64,000 bases of DNA from Selaginella moellendorffii (lineage: Eukaryota; Plantae; Lycopodiophyta): assembly GCF_000143415.4 (NCBI RefSeq), contig NW_003314270.1, positions 1,729,048 to 1,793,047 on the forward strand, given 5' to 3'. A program made the position numbers and the translations under genes. The stretch's first letter is position 1, and each line of letters opens with the position of its first letter. This document shows positions 60,401-64,000 of this stretch, piece by piece. A model generated the notes under the pieces. It saw only the letters and a program-made list of their open reading frames with translations, had not been told where the DNA came from and ran no database searches.

Positions 60401-62300
60401 GTTTCTATCTATTGCTTATATAGAAGTCTTGATTTTGCAATATTGAAAATCATATCATTTGGAGTTTTGTTCACTGCAAAAGTAATAAATGTGTAATTGA
60501 GAAAAATAAAGCATATGATAAAAAACTTACATTTGTGAGTAGAAATTTCAATTAAAGTCTCTAGCCACTCCTTCGGCCTACGATTGTCTACAATGTATAC
60601 TAATTTCTTCAACTTTAAAAACTTGCATGTTAAATTTTGTGTTCAATTTGTACAAGCTCAACTAAGAGCTCTTTCTAACTCTTCTCCAATTCATAAGCAT
60701 CTTGTTTGACCTTCACCAAAGGCTAGAAACCAAAACAATAAAAAAAAACTTTTATAATGTGAAAGGGAAAGACATATCTTACACTATATTGTGAATATAA
60801 AATTGATTGGGTTGTTGAACCATGTTGTATCATCATTCCAAGTGTGCAAATGCCGAATAAGTGTTGTAAGATCATCACCATAATATTTTTAAATGTCATC
60901 CTCACTCAAATTGGCAAAAAATAGAGTTGCTCAATATTATAGACAAGGTCTTGCTTTTGTAAACTCCTCAAGCCTACATTCAAACAATCAAAGCAAATTA
61001 AAATGGAGTTAAAGGTGAAATTTTAAATTTTAATTTTACACATTGATCTTTTGGCAAGCCAAGATAAATCTGTTAACATCCAGAGGTCCCCTCACATAAA
61101 CATGGCTAACTGGAACATTGATATGGTACACAAGATTATCGCAAAAATAATCGTCAATACACTTCATTCAAGCCCTATATAGATGATAGAGAATTTGACA
61201 AACAATATGGAGCCAACTCTTTTGGCTCCATGTTATTCATCAAGTTCCTTATTGTGAACACCACTGGATTGCCCAATTGCGGGGATTTGTACTGGTGGTG
61301 GGCCTATGGGGAATAAAGGTGTAAGTGGTAGTGAAGGTAGCAATTGTGGCAGTGGTGGTGGCAATAGTGGTGGTGGAGGTGGCATTGGTGGTGGCAATAG
61401 TGGAGGTGTTAGTGGATCTCTAAGGAATAATATCTTTATTGATATATTGATAGACATATCAATTGTGATATCTTTATTAGTGTTGAATTCAATTTTTTGT
61501 GTTCTCTTAGTTCTAACAACCTTTTGAGGTGGTATTATTTTCCTCTTCTACAAAAAAAGTAATTTTGTTAGTTAAACTAAATAAAGATAATAAGAAATTT
61601 TAAACAGTTAAAGACATAAAGACAAAAAATTGGGTTGAGGTGGTGATTTAAGCTCGACCTTGAGAACTTTTGCAACTTGGCCCAAGAATATTCAAATAAC
61701 TTAGGCCCCCTAGACAATAAAATTGCCCGAGGTGGCCGGCCTAAGCTTGACCTTGGGCAGTTTTGCAGCCCGTGGGGCTAAGGTTATTTAAATAACCTAG
61801 GCCCCACAGAAAGCAAAACTACTTAAAGTGGCCAGCTTTAATTTGACCTCAGGCACATTTGTAGCCTGGGGGCCTAGATTATTCAAATAACCTTGGCCCC
61901 CTAGTCCGTGAAACTGTTTAAGGTGGCTAGCTTGAACTCGACCTCAAGCAATTTTACGGCTATGGGGAACCAAAGTTGTTTAAATAACCTTGGCCCCCTA
62001 GGAAGTGAAACTACCCAAGGTAGTCAAACTAAACTTGACCTCGGGAAGTTTTGCAGCCAGGGACCAAGGTTATTTGAATAACATCGGCCCCCAAGAAGTA
62101 AAATTGCCTAAGGTGGCCAGCCTAGTGGCAAGAAAAACTAACTGAATTGGTGCAAAAATCCCTAAGGTCAAGCAAAAATGCCCAAAGTGGCTGCTTAAGA
62201 AGAGGGGGAAGAAAAAAAAAGCAAACAAATAGAAGAAACTCACCTTTGATAGCATCGTTTTAGTTACATCCTCAATCTCACTTGCTCCCAATCTCTCGTG
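57500..62300 (-). pseudogene. Decayed multi-exon gene with ParB-like and amino-MTase-like remnants, probably in a related transposon starting near 56402
   Basis: Minus-strand 58963-58795 reads YRF*TLLAIQVLLKLYCNSVVIDCTVGGGFIVKATYDSGRLVFAIEE (MTase motifs X, I, II). TTYDCQHS at ~60145-60170 resembles the GQHS motif. Poly-Pro exon at 61233-61547. Many GT/AG short introns and stops. Confidence 0.55.
61640..62125. repeat. Five ~92-bp hairpin-forming tandem units with core AGGTTATTYRAATAACCT
   Basis: Cores near 61690, 61785, 61880, 61975 and 62070, for example tggggctaaggttatttaaataacctaggcccca, flanked by the inverted gcagttttgc/gcaaaactac. Confidence 0.85.
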
Positions 62301-64000
62301 CTAGATTTCTTATGCTCTCGACTCAATTTCTTGCATGCTCAATCACTCGTGCTCTATGTCTCGTGGGAATGATCACTCACTCTCAATCTATCACATGTTT
62401 AATCACTCCCCACACTCAACTCATGGTACAAATGACGGCTAGCCTAAACCTAATCTTGGCTACTACTCTAACCCTAACCTTGGTAGCTACCCTAACCCTA
62501 ACCAATTTCCTGGCCATTCATTCCAAATGCCTTAAATCACTACATCATTATATCACAGATCATTATCACCACATCAGTATATATAGATCTTATTTTATCT
62601 TATCATTTATGATAAAAATAAATTTTATATCAATTTATTGTTCTTTATTCTGTATATTTTAATGACAATATAACTAGTTTATATCAATTTTTTAGTTGAT
62701 ATTAATTTCTCCCAATTTTATAGAAAGGATGCATTCTCATCAATATTTCATACATGTTTTGGATTTGTTACAGGAACTTTAAAGAGTATAAATAATGCAT
62801 ATTGCATTACCATATTAGATATGTTGTACTGTATTAACTTATGAATTAGATGAATCCTCATCCATAAATTTATTTGTGTTATGTAAGAACCTAAACTACT
62901 CAAAATATCATTGAGCTGTTAGTGTTCACACTTATGGATATAACTTGACTCATACTGAAAATTGAATCTATCATTGAAGAATTATTATTATTGACATCAC
63001 CTAACACTTAAAATTTGACAAACAAATAATATTTCACACGCGTCGATAATTGGATTGGATATTTTGGATCTACATGCCTATCAAAATTGACATCACATGC
63101 TAAAAACTCTTCCTTGGATCTTTTCATACATCAAACATCATAATAGATGATAGTAACATTACAACTGTCACACTTGCATATGTTAGATATACTATACTAT
63201 TTATATTTATTTTGTACATTATTGACATTCTTTGTAGTGCTTTTCTTAGATTTTAATTTATGTTTCACTATAGATTTTTACAAGCAGCATAAAGAGAGAT
63301 AAAGAACTCTAAAACCTATAGAGAAGGATGGAGAGGTTTCTTCTACATTTTCAATAAACATGTATGTACATTTGTTATGTCCCAAAGGAACTAATACAAA
63401 AATTAGGCATGCCACCTTTTCACCGAGCTACTCTATGTGACACTCTCATCTCTCAATTGGACGTAATCCTAAAGTAAAATTGAACATGGTCGTCTCCTTC
63501 AAATCACGTCTCCCCCCTGAACGAAGAAGAGCGTCAAGGAGGTGCCATTGCCAATGGATCTTGTCATCGATCACCTTGCCAAAACATGAGAGCCATGTAT
63601 TTTGCCAGTCCCCCAAACAATTGGGCTTTAGTTGTTCTTTTAGGATGATGTAGTGGAGGCAAATGGCTACCACAATAAGTCTCCACCACATGGCCATAAT
63701 AGCAGATACTCTTGCTTGTTGCCTGTTGAAGTGATGATGGTTACATATCTCCTAGATTGCTTGTATTCCTATTGCTCTCCATATTGCTCAACATTCGTGG
63801 CCCATTGCCTCCCAGACTGATGTTCCAACTTCAGCACCAATATTATCCCATTGAATTCACATTTTCCAATCGTGCTCTCCACAACATGTGATGCACCTCC
63901 AAGCCAAACTTGCGGCCAGACCATGTGCTCCTTCAAACTAGTGAAGCATATCGCCACACCTAGCTTCAAACTCTAGGATGTCCCCTATCTCATGAGCCAC

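Noticed and set aside
63380-64000. Possible retroelement coding remnant at the window end
   Set aside because: Only short Trp-rich broken ORFs, with no diagnostic motif recognised.

Overview
Eukaryotic land-plant DNA that is almost entirely transposable element. Plant telomere motif, Cassandra TRIMs and ~50-nt introns suggest a non-seed plant such as a lycophyte, which is an inference. There are two 100-N gaps. The only clear host gene is an intronless secreted bulb-type lectin (19323-20186). The centrepiece is a young cut-and-paste DNA transposon at 24109-46193 (13.8 kb once a nested insertion is removed), with perfect 24-bp TIRs and a 4-bp AGCA TSD. Its empty site is visible at 51043 in a tandem duplicate. 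It encodes a Sola-like DDD transposase on the minus strand. Divergently, it carries a multi-exon gene of ~1600 aa that appears to fuse a ParB/Srx-like domain, a degenerate beta-class N6A/N4C DNA-methyltransferase fold, a long disordered linker and a C-terminal FCP1/NIF-type HAD phosphatase domain. About 30 copies of a ~22-bp palindrome (ATGGCRTGNGGCCNCAYGCCAT) are confined to this element, several inside its tiny introns, suggesting a parS-like self-recognition or anti-silencing system. A decayed relative at ~56.4-62.6 kb keeps ParB-like and MTase-like motifs, a homologous small ORF and a different palindromic repeat. The accessory gene is interrupted by an intact Ty3/gypsy element (35634-43867; apparently identical LTRs; duplicated protease domain). 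The transposon sits in a non-autonomous LTR element (22073-56280). The rest is decayed LTR-retrotransposon debris. Domain calls come from reading motifs by eye and need HMM or structure confirmation.
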